A stretch of 63,958 bases of DNA, filler included, from Folioceros fuciformis (GCA_049999805.1; 26 parts of 26 records of this genome joined end to end with filler, not necessarily neighbours in it); one strand, 5' to 3'; positions 1 through 11,898 are shown, counted from the first letter of the whole stretch. Made by a program: numbers and translations. The notes: generated by a model not told the origin, from the letters alone.

Positions 1-132
1 CTGTTTGAGTCCATACAATGCCTTCTTCAGTTTGCAGACGTATGTTGGAAACTTAGGATGAACATAGCCTTTAGGCTGTTCCACGTACACTTCCTCCTGC
101 AACTCACCATTCAAGAAGGCATTCTTGACATC
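1..132 (-). mobile_element. Ty1/copia reverse transcriptase fragment
   Basis: Minus strand reads [44 protein letters not shown], with the copia RT motifs DVKxAFL and LYGLKQ. It is interrupted at 133 by an LTR starting TGTGG. Confidence 0.92.
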
Positions 133-2547
133 TGTGGACTCCACATGCTGAACAAACCCCTGGAAAATGATAGGTTTTCTTTTTTTTTTTTGGATATGTG
201 AGTGAGTGTTGTAGAGGAAAGGTTGGGAGATTAGGCTAGAATAGTAGCTAGATTTATGGTGAGTCGATAGAGTAGGTAGGTTGTGTGGTAGATAGGACAT
301 GGGCTCTGGTTCCTCGGGGTAAGGTAACGGGGGAACAGAACGGTCGGCTGGTTGGGCAGATCCTGGTAGGTGGGCCTGGCCGGATCGCCATGCGGCCGCT
401 AGCTGGCTGCAGCTAGAGGCGGTCAGGCAGGCAACCCGAGGTGGCGCTGGATCCAGGCCAGACGGGCCTTGGGCTGATCCAAGCGGTAATGGATGGCAGC
501 GGGTGCTGAGGGGCAGGTCGCCCGGCAGGCGATCCAAGCGGGTTTGGCCGGAACGCTAGACAGCCCAACCCAGCCCATTTGAATGGGTAGCACAAGCAAG
601 CTAGGGGCCCCCTGGCTGCTGAGGAACCTGACCAGCAGCCAGGTCGGCCAACTGCATGCAAGCCGCAGCTAGGGCCGGTCAGGCTGGCAACAGGGTCAGG
701 GAATTAGGAGTCGGACCGACCACAGGAGTGGGCCGGGACGAAGGTAGGCAGGCCAGCAAGCCAACTGCCTGAGTGGATCAGGCATGACGGCTGGTCAAGT
801 CGGGCTGATAGTAGGAAGGCGCCTGGCTTGCAAGGAGCTGGCCGGGGTGGGCTTGAGTCGGGCAGTTGATGGTTGCAGCGCTGGGAGCTGATTGGGAGGA
901 ATCGGGGGTGAAGTGCCTGGCTGTAGGAGCCAGGCGGCCTAGCAGGCAGCCAGGCCAAGCAGGCGGGCTGCCTGGCTGGATCGGGAGGCCGGGCTGATTT
1001 GCTAGCCAAGCAGGTGGGTAGGCTGAAATCCGGTCGGTGGGGTGGCTGGCGGTGGTGGAGAGATCTAACCAGCAGCGGCAGATGACGGCTGCCTGCTCGA
1101 TTCTAGAGCCGGGCTGGTTGCAGCTGGACCAAGCAACCAGCAGGCTGGCTTGGCAGGGCAGGGTCATGACGACTCGTCGCGGCGGGCCCAGACAGGCGCT
1201 GGCTAGATCGCCAGCCAGCTAGCGGGCAGGCCAGAAGCAGGCGATTTTGGCCAGGCATCCAGGCAGACGCCAGGTAGCTTGGCAGCGGCTGCTGAGGAGC
1301 TGGCCGGCGCCCCAGCGGCAAGGACAGCTTGTAGGCGGATCCAGGCAGCCGGGCAGTCGCCTAGGGTGGCCGATTGGCCAGGGGAGTCCTGGCCGGAGGG
1401 GGTGTTGATCGGCAGGCTGGCTACCTACTAGATCCGGAAGCCAAGCACCGGCCTGGCTGCAGGAGCCCAAGCAGCCAGGCAGGCTAGCCTGGCCTCTAGG
1501 CAGGTGAATCCAGCAAGCAGCCAAGCCGAGTAGACTGGCTGCCTGGCTAGATCTAGAGGCCGGAGGCCAGGTAGCGGCCTTTGGCCAGCCGGCCTGGGCC
1601 AGCGGGCGATGGCCAGGGGAATCGGGCAAGCGGGCTAGTGCAAGACGGCTACCTAACCAGGTGCGGGAGAAGCAAGCCGCCCTGTTGGCTGGCTGCCTAG
1701 CCAAATTCAGGTCGGGCTAGCCAGTAGGCAAGCCTAGGCACACGGGCAGGTTGGCAAGGGGGGCTTGCCAGGTCCGGCTGACTTCCCAGCCGGATCTAGC
1801 CAGCCAGCGGGCTCAGGTGGCCCCCTGGCTGGATCAGGGGATGCGTAGAGGGGTTGGCTCTTGGTGGACGGATCCAGCAAGCTGCCAGGCCGAGCAGGTT
1901 GGCTGCCTGACCGGATCCACAAGGAGAGCAGGCTAGCTTGCGGCCTTTGGTAGGCGGCCGGCTGGGGGAAGTCCAGGCCAGGGAGGGATCCTGGCAAGTT
2001 GCTGGCCTAGCAGCAGCTGGTTGAGGAGCAGGCAGCCCTGCCCGGCCAGGCAGCAAGGCGGCCGGGGAAGCCGGGCAATCACTGGCTACAGGAACCCAAG
2101 CAGCCAGGCAGACTGGTCTGGATCGTGGTGGGCAGGCGACCTTTGGGCAAGCGCCCGACTGCTAGGCAGCCGAGACTAAATCGGGAGGCCGGTAGGTGGC
2201 TCAGTAGTTGCATGATTCAGGAGCAGGCTGGCGGATTCTGGCAGGCAAGAGGCCGGTTTGCGGCCTCTGGGGATGGAGGAGCCCATGGCGGCTGGCCAAG
2301 TCGGGCTGCTAGCAGGCAAGCCGCCCGGCTTGCAGGAGTTGGCCGGGGTGGACTTGGGCCGGGCAGCAGAGGCTGAGTCGGCCAGCCAGTGGATCAGGTT
2401 GCAAGCGAGCAGTCCGACAGCCCTATATGGCAAGCTGCTCGGTAGGGTGCTTGGGGGCGGGTCCCGAAGCCAGGCCGGCGCCCGGCCTGATGGTAGACAC
2501 GACTGGATCCAGAGTTTAGCAAGAAGGTTGGCAGCACAGGCACACCC
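133..2547 (+). mobile_element. 5' part of a large gypsy-type LTR (family C) containing a GC-rich degenerate repeat
   Basis: Begins TGTGGACTCCA at the junction with copia RT. Bases ~225-340 closely match 47702-47820. Both are followed by GC-rich sequence built from GGCAG/GGCTGGCC/GGATC(C/T) words. Confidence 0.6.
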
Positions 2548-2647
2548 NNNNNNNNNNNNNNNNNNNNNNNNNNNNNNNNNNNNNNNNNNNNTTAATTAAT
2601 TAANNNNNNNNNNNNNNNNNNNNNNNNNNNNNNNNNNNNNNNNNNNN
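2548..2647. other. Artificial contig linker N44-TTAATTAATTAA-N44 (first of 25)
   Basis: Identical 100-bp spacers start at 2548, 3701, 6144, 8184, 11799, 13233, 14969, 17852, 21481, 26939, 29175, 33433, 35325, 38404, 40486, 43158, 44713, 46431, 47602, 49151, 51222, 53779, 55182, 60627 and 62010. TTAATTAATTAA places stops in all six frames. Confidence 0.98.
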
Positions 2648-3700
2648 CGAGCTGAGCGAGGAGGCAGCCAGGCAGACAGCCCGAGGACTAGCAGAGATCG
2701 GGCAGACGGCTAGTTGGTCGATGAGCAGGCGGGTTGTTGGCGGATCTGGAAAGCCTGGCTGACCGTCTAGCCGAGTTGACGGGAGCAGATCGGGGCCGAG
2801 TCCTGGTGGCGTGGATAAGGCTGGCTGTGGCTGCTCACGACGGGAGCCAGGCAACCTGGAGCACACAGGAGTAGCCGGCCTGTAGGTCGGCTGGCTGATT
2901 TGGGAGGCCGGCTGGTCGGGCTAGCCGAGCTGGCTGGTGGAACGGCGGCAGACAGACCTGGCCCGCCAACAAGCAGTCAGGCAGCCGCCTAGCAACTGGC
3001 TAGGATGGATCTGGATGGGTGCCAGGCAGGTGGCCTGGCTAATCGGCCAGATAGCGGTTGGCCTACAAAGGCCAGCTATGGGCAGCAGCCAAGCCGGTGG
3101 CCGACCAATAGATCAGGTAGGGCCGGTGGCTGGAGGACCCAACAGGTTGGCCAGGGTTGGATTCGAAGGCCGGGTAGCCGGCTGGGGTTGGCGACTGGCC
3201 GGGTTCAGACTAGTAGTGTGGCAAGCCAGGGGCGATGTTGGATCCAAGCCAGGTAGGCCTCGGGTTGATCCGGGCCGTGCTTGCAGTGCTGGCGGGCAAG
3301 TGAGGTTCAGGCCAGGCGGCCGCTGGCCAGCTACAGAGGCAGATCGGGACGTAGCAGGATGGCTAGCTGATATGGGGGCAGAGCGCCTGGGGTTGGTTGG
3401 CTAGATGCAGCTGGAGGCAGGGCGGCGCCGAGTTCAGCCAGCTAGGACGGCACGGCTGGTTAACAGGGGAGTCTATTTACAAGGAGATTATCACTGGAGA
3501 TCGGGCTGGCTGACCCTGGCACTAGTCGACCTGGCAAGCAGGCTGGAGGCTGACGGATCCGGAAGGCAGGAGGTCGGCCGAGCAGGCAAGGGGCCGAGTT
3601 GATCAGCTAGTAGGGGTGGTTGCCGGTGGGATCCACGTAGGTATAGGCGCTCGGGGACGGCCAGGTCCGAAGGCAGGCCCCAATGACACTGTGGAGGGGT
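2648..3700. repeat. GC-rich degenerate repeat, same type as 350-2547
   Basis: Same word composition; no credible protein in any frame. Confidence 0.6.
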
Positions 3701-3800
3701 NNNNNNNNNNNNNNNNNNNNNNNNNNNNNNNNNNNNNNNNNNNNTTAATTAATTAANNNNNNNNNNNNNNNNNNNNNNNNNNNNNNNNNNNNNNNNNNNN

Positions 3801-5143
3801 ATTTGGTAGGAGTCCTCCACCGACCACTCCTCTTCTTCCCCTTCACATGCCAGCAAATGCACCTTGGCCCCTTGACAATGGGTCTTGGTGTGGCCTTGCT
3901 CACCACAAATGGAGCAAAACAAGTTAGCCCTGCCACTAGTTGCAGCCCTCCTTCTCTCATGTTCCTTGATAGCATGGAGGTGAAACTTCTCACACTTGCT
4001 CATCATCTCCTCCATCTTGGACTCCTCCTGCTCCACTTTCTTGGCTGTAGCCTCAGCCTCTTTCTTGACCTGCTCCACCTCCCTCTTGGCACTAGCCACC
4101 TCTTGCTTGGCCTTGGCTAGATCCTTTGCCTTCCTTGCTTCCTTCTTCTGCCTAGCCACCTCTTGCTCCTTCTTCTTCAGTCTTTTCTTGACAGCCTCGT
4201 CCTCCGAGGACTCCTCCTCTAAGCTGTCCCATGCTGAAGATGAAGAGGTCTCTGCTGCTGATTCTTCTGAAGAATCGCTCTCCTTAGAGGAATCTTCATC
4301 CGAGGACGATGACTCCCGCTTCTTCTTCCCCTTCCTAGGCCTGTTCTTCTTCTTGTCCTTCTCCCTCACTCTCTCCTTCTCCTTCTTGGATCTCCCTTTG
4401 CCCCACGGATGAGACTCCTCATAATTGAGGGCTGCCCTTATAGCCCTGTCCACATCTTTTTCTGCGAACAATTTCACATGGCCCCCCATCCTTGATCCTA
4501 AGCCTCCAGCGAACCACCTAATGGCTTGTAAGTCTGAATGAGGTCCACAACAATCCCGCAGGCTGTGGAACCTCTCCACATAGGCCTGCAAGGTCTCCTT
4601 CCTCCTCCTCCTCAAGGCCTCCAGCTTGGATAGCACAGAGCCCTCTACGTCTATCCCCCTGAACCGCTCACAAAAGGCCCTCTTCAACACATCAAAAGTT
4701 GCTGGAAATGTACCAACCTTGAGGTACTCTCTCCTGTACCACTTGGCAAGCCCTCCACGCAGTACACCATAGAACAATTGGATGCGCTGTGCATCCGCTG
4801 ATTCTTGGTTAGCAAGGGTCAACTGCTCAAACCTCTCCACAAATTCATCCGGGTCCTCATACCCCTTCTTCTCCCCATACAAGGGGTACAACTGCTTGGT
4901 GGACATTGCAACAGCTGGGGCTGCCATGGTGCCTGCACTCACCACTGCAGTTGCGGATCCAGCAGCTCCAACAAATGGAGTTGGGCTGATGTTGCTAAAT
5001 CCTTCAGCCCCTGCACTCCTAATCACTTGCACCAGTCTAGGATGAAGACCAAGGAGCAGACTTGGATTAGGTTGCCCTGGATTAGGCCTCCCCCCAATAG
5101 CTGAAAGTTGAGGGTCTTGTTCCAACGTGATTGATTCCCCCAA
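3801..5143 (-). mobile_element. gag: Ty3/gypsy Gag (Athila/Tat-like), truncated by the contig end
   Basis: Retrotransposon gag core (DPDEFVERFE...LRGGLAKWY...TFDVLKRAFCERF...ETLQAYVERF), a Lys/Ser/Glu-rich insert, and a CCHC knuckle CSICGEQGHTKTHC. It lies downstream of a PBS and LTR. Confidence 0.88.
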
Positions 5144-5398
5144 GATCTGCTGATTGCTTACCCCTCTCCTCCTCCTCTCTAGTGTATGCCCTGGCTATGC
5201 CCTCCTTAGCTCCCTCTCCACTGCTCCTTGCTCACGCTCCAATACTTGCTGCTGCCTCCTTACTTGAGCTTGAGCTCCCCCTTCAAAGCTAGAGTTGAAA
5301 TCTTCAGCTCCTATGCGGGGCATCCATCAACCCTGCACATTCCCTTGTACAGTCCCCTATCTAGGTCAGTCCTCTCCAAACCTTGACAGCAATGTCAC

Positions 5399-5416
5399 TC
5401 CCTGGCAACGGCGCCA
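5399..5416 (-). promoter_or_regulatory. Primer binding site, tRNA-Asp type
   Basis: Minus strand ...CTCCACA-TTT-TGGCGCCGTTGCCAGGGA, the TGGCGCCGTTGCC PBS typical of Athila-like elements, 3 nt after an LTR end. Confidence 0.85.
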
Positions 5417-5419
5417 AAA

Positions 5420-6143
5420 TGTGGAGTGATTTCTTGCACACCCAAGAACCACCAAGGGGCCACACTTCCCCTTATTATCGTTGCAGTCTTATGATTCGCT
5501 CCCAAGGGAGTGAACTAATGTCAAGGTTGCCTACATCTCCCTAATCCCACCCTATTTATCAACATATACCAAGTGCTACAACAATAGGTCAGAAGTCTCG
5601 GTCCTGTCTTCGGCTCCTACCACAACACCAACCCCAGCCTCAACAAAATGAGAACTCCAGCATTGTCTTCAGCCCTCATTTCCAGCTCCAAGTATCAATC
5701 ACTTCAGTGCTAAGAGGAGGCTCCAGCTCCAAGTCTGGCCTCCAACTCTCAGCACCTAGTGTTAGCTACCTCCGCAGCTGAACGAGAATCTCAACTTCAG
5801 CTAGCTCCTCACTCCAGCTCCAACACTTCATTCCACCGCTTCAGCACTTCAGTCCTTCACTTCAGCACTTCACTTCACCCTCCAACCCCTCACTTCAGCT
5901 CAACTCCTCACTTCAACACTTCCACTTCCAAAATCTGCAACTCAACCCTTTTCTTCTGCAATTTGGAACACAACAACCTTCCCTCTTGTAACCTTCAAGG
6001 CAAAGGCGAGGCCTAGGGCTGGGTAGCCTCCTTGGCTCACGGCCCTACAACCTCACCTCAGCCAGCATGCAAGGTGGTCAGCCATTGCGGATCCGGCCAC
6101 ACGAATCTTGGCAGTCTTGGGATCCTCCACGTTCCCCTAGTGG
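5420..6143 (-). mobile_element. 3' (U5) part of the 5' LTR, assigned to family C
   Basis: Ends ...ATCACTCCACA directly before the PBS; homologous to 13650-14277 in the opposite orientation. Confidence 0.8.
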
Positions 6144-6243
6144 NNNNNNNNNNNNNNNNNNNNNNNNNNNNNNNNNNNNNNNNNNNNTTAATTAATTAAN
6201 NNNNNNNNNNNNNNNNNNNNNNNNNNNNNNNNNNNNNNNNNNN

Positions 6244-7568
6244 GTAAGGACAAGTCACTTATGAGCAATTTCATATCTACCAAGAGTACAGCTGAAAGAG
6301 TGCTGTTAGGGGATGAACATTCTCATACTGGATTACTCATCCATGGCACGGGTACTTGTTCCTTTCCTCTGGCTGATGGTACGAAGTTGGTACTTGACCA
6401 TGTGCTTTATGTTCCTGCAATGGGAAAGCACTTAGTATCCGTCAGGCAGTTAATGCGTTTGTGCCGCTATGATCTTTTGTTTACTCCAACTGGTTGTGTA
6501 CTTACCTTGCGTGGTAACCCTGCACGGGTTGTGGCAAAGGGGGTGCACTATAATGATTTGTACAAGTTGGATTTGGTGTGCTCTTCTCCTCCTAGTTCGC
6601 ATATGGTGCAGTATCCTTCTTATCTTCATGATCAGGCTCAACTTTGGCATGCCCGCCTTGGACATGCGAACAAGGACAAACTAGTCAAGATGTCCATGGG
6701 GGATTATTATAGGGAGCCTTTGCCCAAATGTTTCAAGGATCTGCCACTATGTGATGCATGCCAACGTTCAAAACAGAAAGAATTACCTTTCCCCACAGCA
6801 CCTGCCTTCAGGACCTCCCATATTCTTGAACTGGTGCATGCCAATCTTTCTGGCAGGATTCATGTGGTTTCCTTGGGGGGTGCTCTGTATTATTTAACTA
6901 TTACAGATGATTATACTCGATATTCCTGGACATATCCCCTCAAACAAACGTCAGACACTTTTCTTGTGTTTCAGGAGTGGCTTACCATGATTCAGCGACA
7001 GACTGGTTGCCTTCTAAAGTGCCTGCGTTCCGACAATGGCACAGAGTTTGTTAATGCTTTTTTTAATGATCTGTTGGCTACACAGGGAATTGTTAGACAG
7101 CTCATAGTTCCGTACACTCCCCAACTACAGTTCCCTACACTCCCCAACTATAGTTCCCTACCCAAACGGCGTAATCAAACCTTACTTGGCATGACTCGGA
7201 GCATGTTGAGTTGGTCTGGCTTGAACAAATGTTACTGGGCCGAGGTTGTGGTTACAGCCACTTATATACTCAATCGCCTTCTTACCAGTGGTTACAGCCA
7301 CTTCTTACTCAATCGCCTTCTTGCATCTTCGCGTGTTCGGGTCTCCAGCCTATGTCTATGTTCCTTCAGACCTACGGCAGAAGTTACAGGACAGGGCCAA
7401 ATCAATGCTTTTTGTTGGTTATGGGGAAGAAGCCAAAGCATAAAACTATATGACCCCTTATCTCACCGTTATGTCTTTGCTCGCAGTGTCTCCTTCAAAG
7501 AAATTCTTCAGCCTGCCCATGCCTCTTCTCCTTCTCCTGTTGATTTGTCTTCTATCTTTGATGAGCCC
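6244..7568 (+). mobile_element. pol: Ty1/copia pol fragment (protease C-terminus, GAG-pre-integrase, integrase), degenerate
   Basis: VLYVP, LWHARLGH, CDACQRSKQ, LELVH, DDYTRYSW, LRSDNGTEF, YTPQ; frameshifted after ~7290 and cut by an LTR at 7569. Confidence 0.92.
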
Positions 7569-8183
7569 TGTGGAGGCAAAACCCCGGGCACTAATTGCCA
7601 ACGAGTTCCACCTTTAGTGGCCACACTTATCCCACTATCGTTGAGACATTGGGTTTCGTTCCCACGAAGGAGCGATGGGGTTCCTTGCTGCTGTGGATGG
7701 AGGGTCGGACTTGATCGACTCGATGATGGATTCGAGGGCTCCCCTCCAGCTCCGATCAGGCGTAGGACAGGCCTCACTATCCGGTGGTCAGCTGCACCTC
7801 TCTCGGTGCCCACAAACTCACTCCAGTCACTACAACGACTCTAACCTCTCAGATCTGCGACTTCCTTCACTCACTTCACTCACTCTCTCGCTCCAGCACC
7901 AACACCAACAACTACTAGCAACCAGCAACGACACCACTACCTTCTACACTTCCCTACGGACTCCTCCTACCCGGCAAGAGTCACTAGACTAACCCCAAAC
8001 AAAAGGAAGAAGGGAACACACTCCCCTCTTGGGTATCTCCTCCCCACAACCTTACCAGACGCCATGAGACATGGCCGGCCTACAGCACTTGACCAAGCAA
8101 GGAACAAGAGTGGACAAGTTGAGAGAAAGACACACCCTTTACAATCAAGAGCTAGGGGCAAGCCCCTACACCCTGGTCATTAC
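7569..8183 (-). mobile_element. LTR family A, U5 end, inserted into copia pol
   Basis: Terminus TGTGGAGGCAAAACC on + (CCTCCACA-3' on -). Near-identical copies start at 11173 and 54692, with an inverted copy ending at 62150. Confidence 0.8.
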
Positions 8184-8529
8184 NNNNNNNNNNNNNNNNN
8201 NNNNNNNNNNNNNNNNNNNNNNNNNNNTTAATTAATTAANNNNNNNNNNNNNNNNNNNNNNNNNNNNNNNNNNNNNNNNNNNNTTAAAGACATGATGCCC
8301 AATCGTCTGCCTTGTGTAGATGCAAAGATAAGATGCCAAACCTTTTGTTCGTTGCAAATGTGGAGACATGCCGCCTAATCCACTATTCGATGTAGATATT
8401 GAGACAAGATGTTTAATCTGCTGATCGATGCATATGTGAAAATATGATGCTTGACAATGTTCAATGTAGATATCGAGACAAGATGTTTAATGTGCTGATC
8501 GATGCATATGTGAAAATATGATGCCTATC

Positions 8530-9175
8530 AAGCATGATCGTGCACTATTGCTTAGGTGCATGCAAATAATAATTAATTTATGTTAAAAAGTAACATTATT
8601 AATCATTAATAAATATTTAGTTAAGATAATGAGAAAATGTAATACGATATAAAGTCAACTAGATAGACGCACAACTACATGCATGGATGTGGTTGCAACA
8701 GGCCTCAAGTAATAAGCGTAAAAGCTTAGCTCTATTGTGTCCGCTGTAGCTGTAAGCTTATATTCTCTTGTTTTCTGTGGAATAGGCTTTCTCTTGAAGC
8801 AACATTGTTCCAAGTAACAAGTGTAAAAGCTTAGCTCTAATGTGTCCGTTTTAGCTATAAGCTTATATTCTCTTGTTGTGGAATAGGCTTTCTCTTGAAG
8901 CAACATTGTTCCAAGTGCATCTTCTTGGAATTGCATTCTCTTGTTGAAAATCCGATTAAGGTGTATGTGTGTGCAGTGTACAAGATCTTATAACCTTATC
9001 TAAGATTTGAGAAGCCAAGCTATAGCTCTGAAAAGTGTGGATGTAGGTAGAGGAAAGAAACAAATGCTTCACTTTTACAAGCTTACAACACCATCGTGTA
9101 GTAATGTGGTGTGATGTGAGTACTATTAACTAATGAACATGCATAAGCGTGATATTTAGCAACATAGCACGACAT
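8530..9175. repeat. Dispersed ~600-bp non-coding repeat (family D)
   Basis: Homologous to 34022-34565 and 37378-38075; shared AAGCATGAT..GCTTAG.TGCATG, GAATAGGCTTTCT and AACTAATGAAC blocks. Confidence 0.7.
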
Positions 9176-9280
9176 GCCTAATCTTGTACAAGGTGCAAAT
9201 GTGGAGATAAGACACCTTATCTTTTACCCAAGGCAAATGCTAAGATAGTGCGTCTAATCTACTACACTTAATGGTAAGAG

Positions 9281-9682
9281 TGTTGACCCAATTTCAAGTA
9301 GGAAGGACTTAGTATGGAATTCTTATCACACCAATCAACAAAAGAGTAAAGAGTTTCCTCCATAGCTTCCTAAACTCCTCCTTCATATGAGAGGCCAAAT
9401 GAGTTGCTATATTCGTGTAGGAATGAAGGAGTTCATTGGAGCATCAACCAAATGGGGTATTTACATAGAAACTATCTCAACATGCCACTTCATAGGTTGA
9501 TGCTTAAGCGTGGGCTGATTGACGGGAACATAGGTATGTAACTCAAAACAAGTGTATTGGAGAAGGTAGAAGGTGTTCATTCATGAAGTCGACTAGAAAC
9601 GGTTATAACATCCTGCCAACTAGCCGTAACCTAAATATAAAATGTATAAATAAGCCGAAGTTTATTTTCAACACCCCCTCTC
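9281..9682 (-). mobile_element. Copia 3' LTR (~393 bp, TGTTG...CAACA) with polypurine tract
   Basis: Minus strand: PPT GAGAGGGGG (9682-9674), then TGTTG (9673-9669) through to CAACA (9285-9281), downstream of the RNase H ORF. Confidence 0.7.
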
Positions 9683-10261
9683 ATTATATATTTAGTTATA
9701 AATGAATAAGTGGATAACAGTAGAAACATTGGGGTGTCGAGCACAACGCGGAAGTCTCCCGCACACGCCTCTATAAACAGTCACATGATTGGCAATTATG
9801 AAGGCACAGACGAAGGACTGCCACCTCAATTGCTCAATGTCAAGATCCATACTCGCTCCAATCAATCTATCTCATGTTGTGGACGAGCTGAAGGGTAGCC
9901 ACGATGAGGGAGGCGCGAAGACTCTACACCCACAACAACCTAAGGAGTTGCCTGGTTCTCATAGACCAGGGATTAGAATGATCAGGGTCAACTAGTGGCG
10001 TTGGGGAGGACGAGAAGGGAACTTCATCTCCTACTATGGTAAGCTTACAAACCGACTAGTGTAATCCCACTATTGTTGTGGTACGTCTTGTTGAGGCTTA
10101 ACTTACTGATGGTACAGTGTTAAAGGAGAGAGTGGTGGCTGAAGCTGAGGTAGACTAGACGGGAGATAGTGAAGGAGGAACTAGTAATGGCTGACTAGGA
10201 CACAATGGAGTAAGGACAGTCTGACTATTCTCTTGTGTTCTAACTCCCTCTAAGACTATCC

Positions 10262-11172
10262 TCAAGTACCTTTAGATTCATCAGTGGTGTATTGAGAGCT
10301 CAAAACACCAAGAATTTCCTTGAGCTGAAGGTGCTTAACCCTGGGCAGGGATTTTTTAAGTATGTCTACAGCATTTAAATCTATTGAAATGTATTCAAGT
10401 TGAACTTGACCTGTCTCCACAGCATGCTTGATGAAATGATGATGAACCTCTACATGCTTAGTTCGAGCATGAAAAATGGGGTTCTGAGCCAGGGCTAAGG
10501 CTAACTGGTTATCGCAATAAATAGCTATTGGATTTATCTCTGGTTGGCCAAGGTCAACTAGCAGCCTACATAGCCAGATGGCTTCCTTGGACGCCTGGGT
10601 GAGGGTAGAGTACTCTGCCTCAGTAGAGGACAGAGACGCAACTTTCTGCTTCTTTGAGGACCATGTTACAGCTCCACCTGCTAGCAAAAATGCATAGGCT
10701 AACATCGATTTTTTGGTATCAGGATCTAATGCCCAGTCTGCGTCGCAGTAGCCAACCAAGGTAAAGCTTGACTCTACAGATTCCTGTCTAAGATAGTGAA
10801 TCCCATGATTGCTAATACCTTTTAAGTAACGTAGTATCCTCTTGACCACAAATCACTGTGCTCGACAAGGGTCCTTAAGGTGTTGGGATGTCATGCTTAC
10901 ATGGAGAGCAACATCCGGTTGACTGTTATTAGAGCAATAAATCAGGGAGTGAACAGCTTGTGCATAGGGAACATTCTGCATCTCTTACTTCTCAGCTTCA
11001 GTCGCAGGGGGTTCCTTCGTGAGCTTTCACCCTGCTTCTAAAGGTGTGTGAGCAGGCTTAGCGTCAAGTAACTTGAATTTGAACAACATGTCGTAAATGT
11101 ACTTCTCTTGATGTAGTGTTCCAGTTGCAAGATCAAGGAGGAGCTTGGTCCCTAAACAATACGAGAGTTCAC
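10262..11172 (-). mobile_element. pol: Ty1/copia RT C-terminus plus RNase H, degenerate
   Basis: KRILRYLKG, GYCDADWA, WSSKKQ, SSTEAEY, YCDNQ, NPIFHARTKHVEVHHHF; cut at 11173 by LTR family A. Confidence 0.93.
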
Positions 11173-11798
11173 TGTGGAGGCAAAACCTCGGGCACTGATT
11201 GCCGACGGGTTCCACCTTTAGTGGCCACACTTATCCCACTGTCGTTGAGACATTGGGTTTCGTTCCCACGAAGGAGTGATGGGGTTCCTTGCTGCTGTGG
11301 ATGGAGGGTCGGACTTGATCGACTCGATGACGGATTCGAGGGCTCCCCTCCAGCTCCCATCAGGCGTAGGACAGGCCTCGCTCTCCGGCGGTCAGCTGCA
11401 CCTCTCTCGGTGCCCACAAACTCACTCCAGTCACTACAACGACTCTAACCTCTCAGATCTGCGTCTTCCTTCACCCACTTCACTCACTCTGTCGCTCCAG
11501 CACCAACACCAGCAACTACTAGCAACCAGCAACGACACCACTACCTTGTATACTTCCCTACGGACTCCTCCTACCCGGCAAGAGTCACTAGACTAACCCA
11601 AAACAAAAGGAAGAAGGGAACACACTCCCCTCTTGGGTATCTCCTCCCCACAACCTTACCAGACGCCATGAGACATGGCCGGCCTACAACACTTGACCAA
11701 GCAAGGAACAAGAGTGGACAGGTCGAGAGAAAGACACACCCTTTACAATCAAGAGCTAGGGGCAAGCCCCTTCACCCTGGTCATTACACCTTGTGATC
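11173..11798 (-). mobile_element. LTR family A, U5 end, inserted into copia RT
   Basis: Near-identical to 7569-8183. Confidence 0.8.
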
Positions 11799-11898
11799 NN
11801 NNNNNNNNNNNNNNNNNNNNNNNNNNNNNNNNNNNNNNNNNNTTAATTAATTAANNNNNNNNNNNNNNNNNNNNNNNNNNNNNNNNNNNNNNNNNNNN

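Noticed and set aside
2548-2647. TTAATTAATTAA motif as a biological site, and ORFs running into X residues
   Set aside because: Artificial concatenation linker. For the same reason, cross-contig neighbourhoods (e.g. PHD integrase next to the gag at 39120) were not treated as linkage.
413-3602. Many Pro/Ala/Gly/Arg-rich ORFs in the GC-rich tracts (also 47833-49198)
   Set aside because: Overlapping ORFs in all frames are expected from stop-poor GC-rich DNA; they show no domain and no conservation between the two tracts.
7508-8161. Recurrent ORFs (CGGKTPGT.., MGFLAAVDGG.., MPLALDCKG..) at 7.5, 11.1 and 54.7 kb
   Set aside because: They are translations of near-identical LTR copies, start in unrelated flanks, and reflect DNA identity rather than coding selection.
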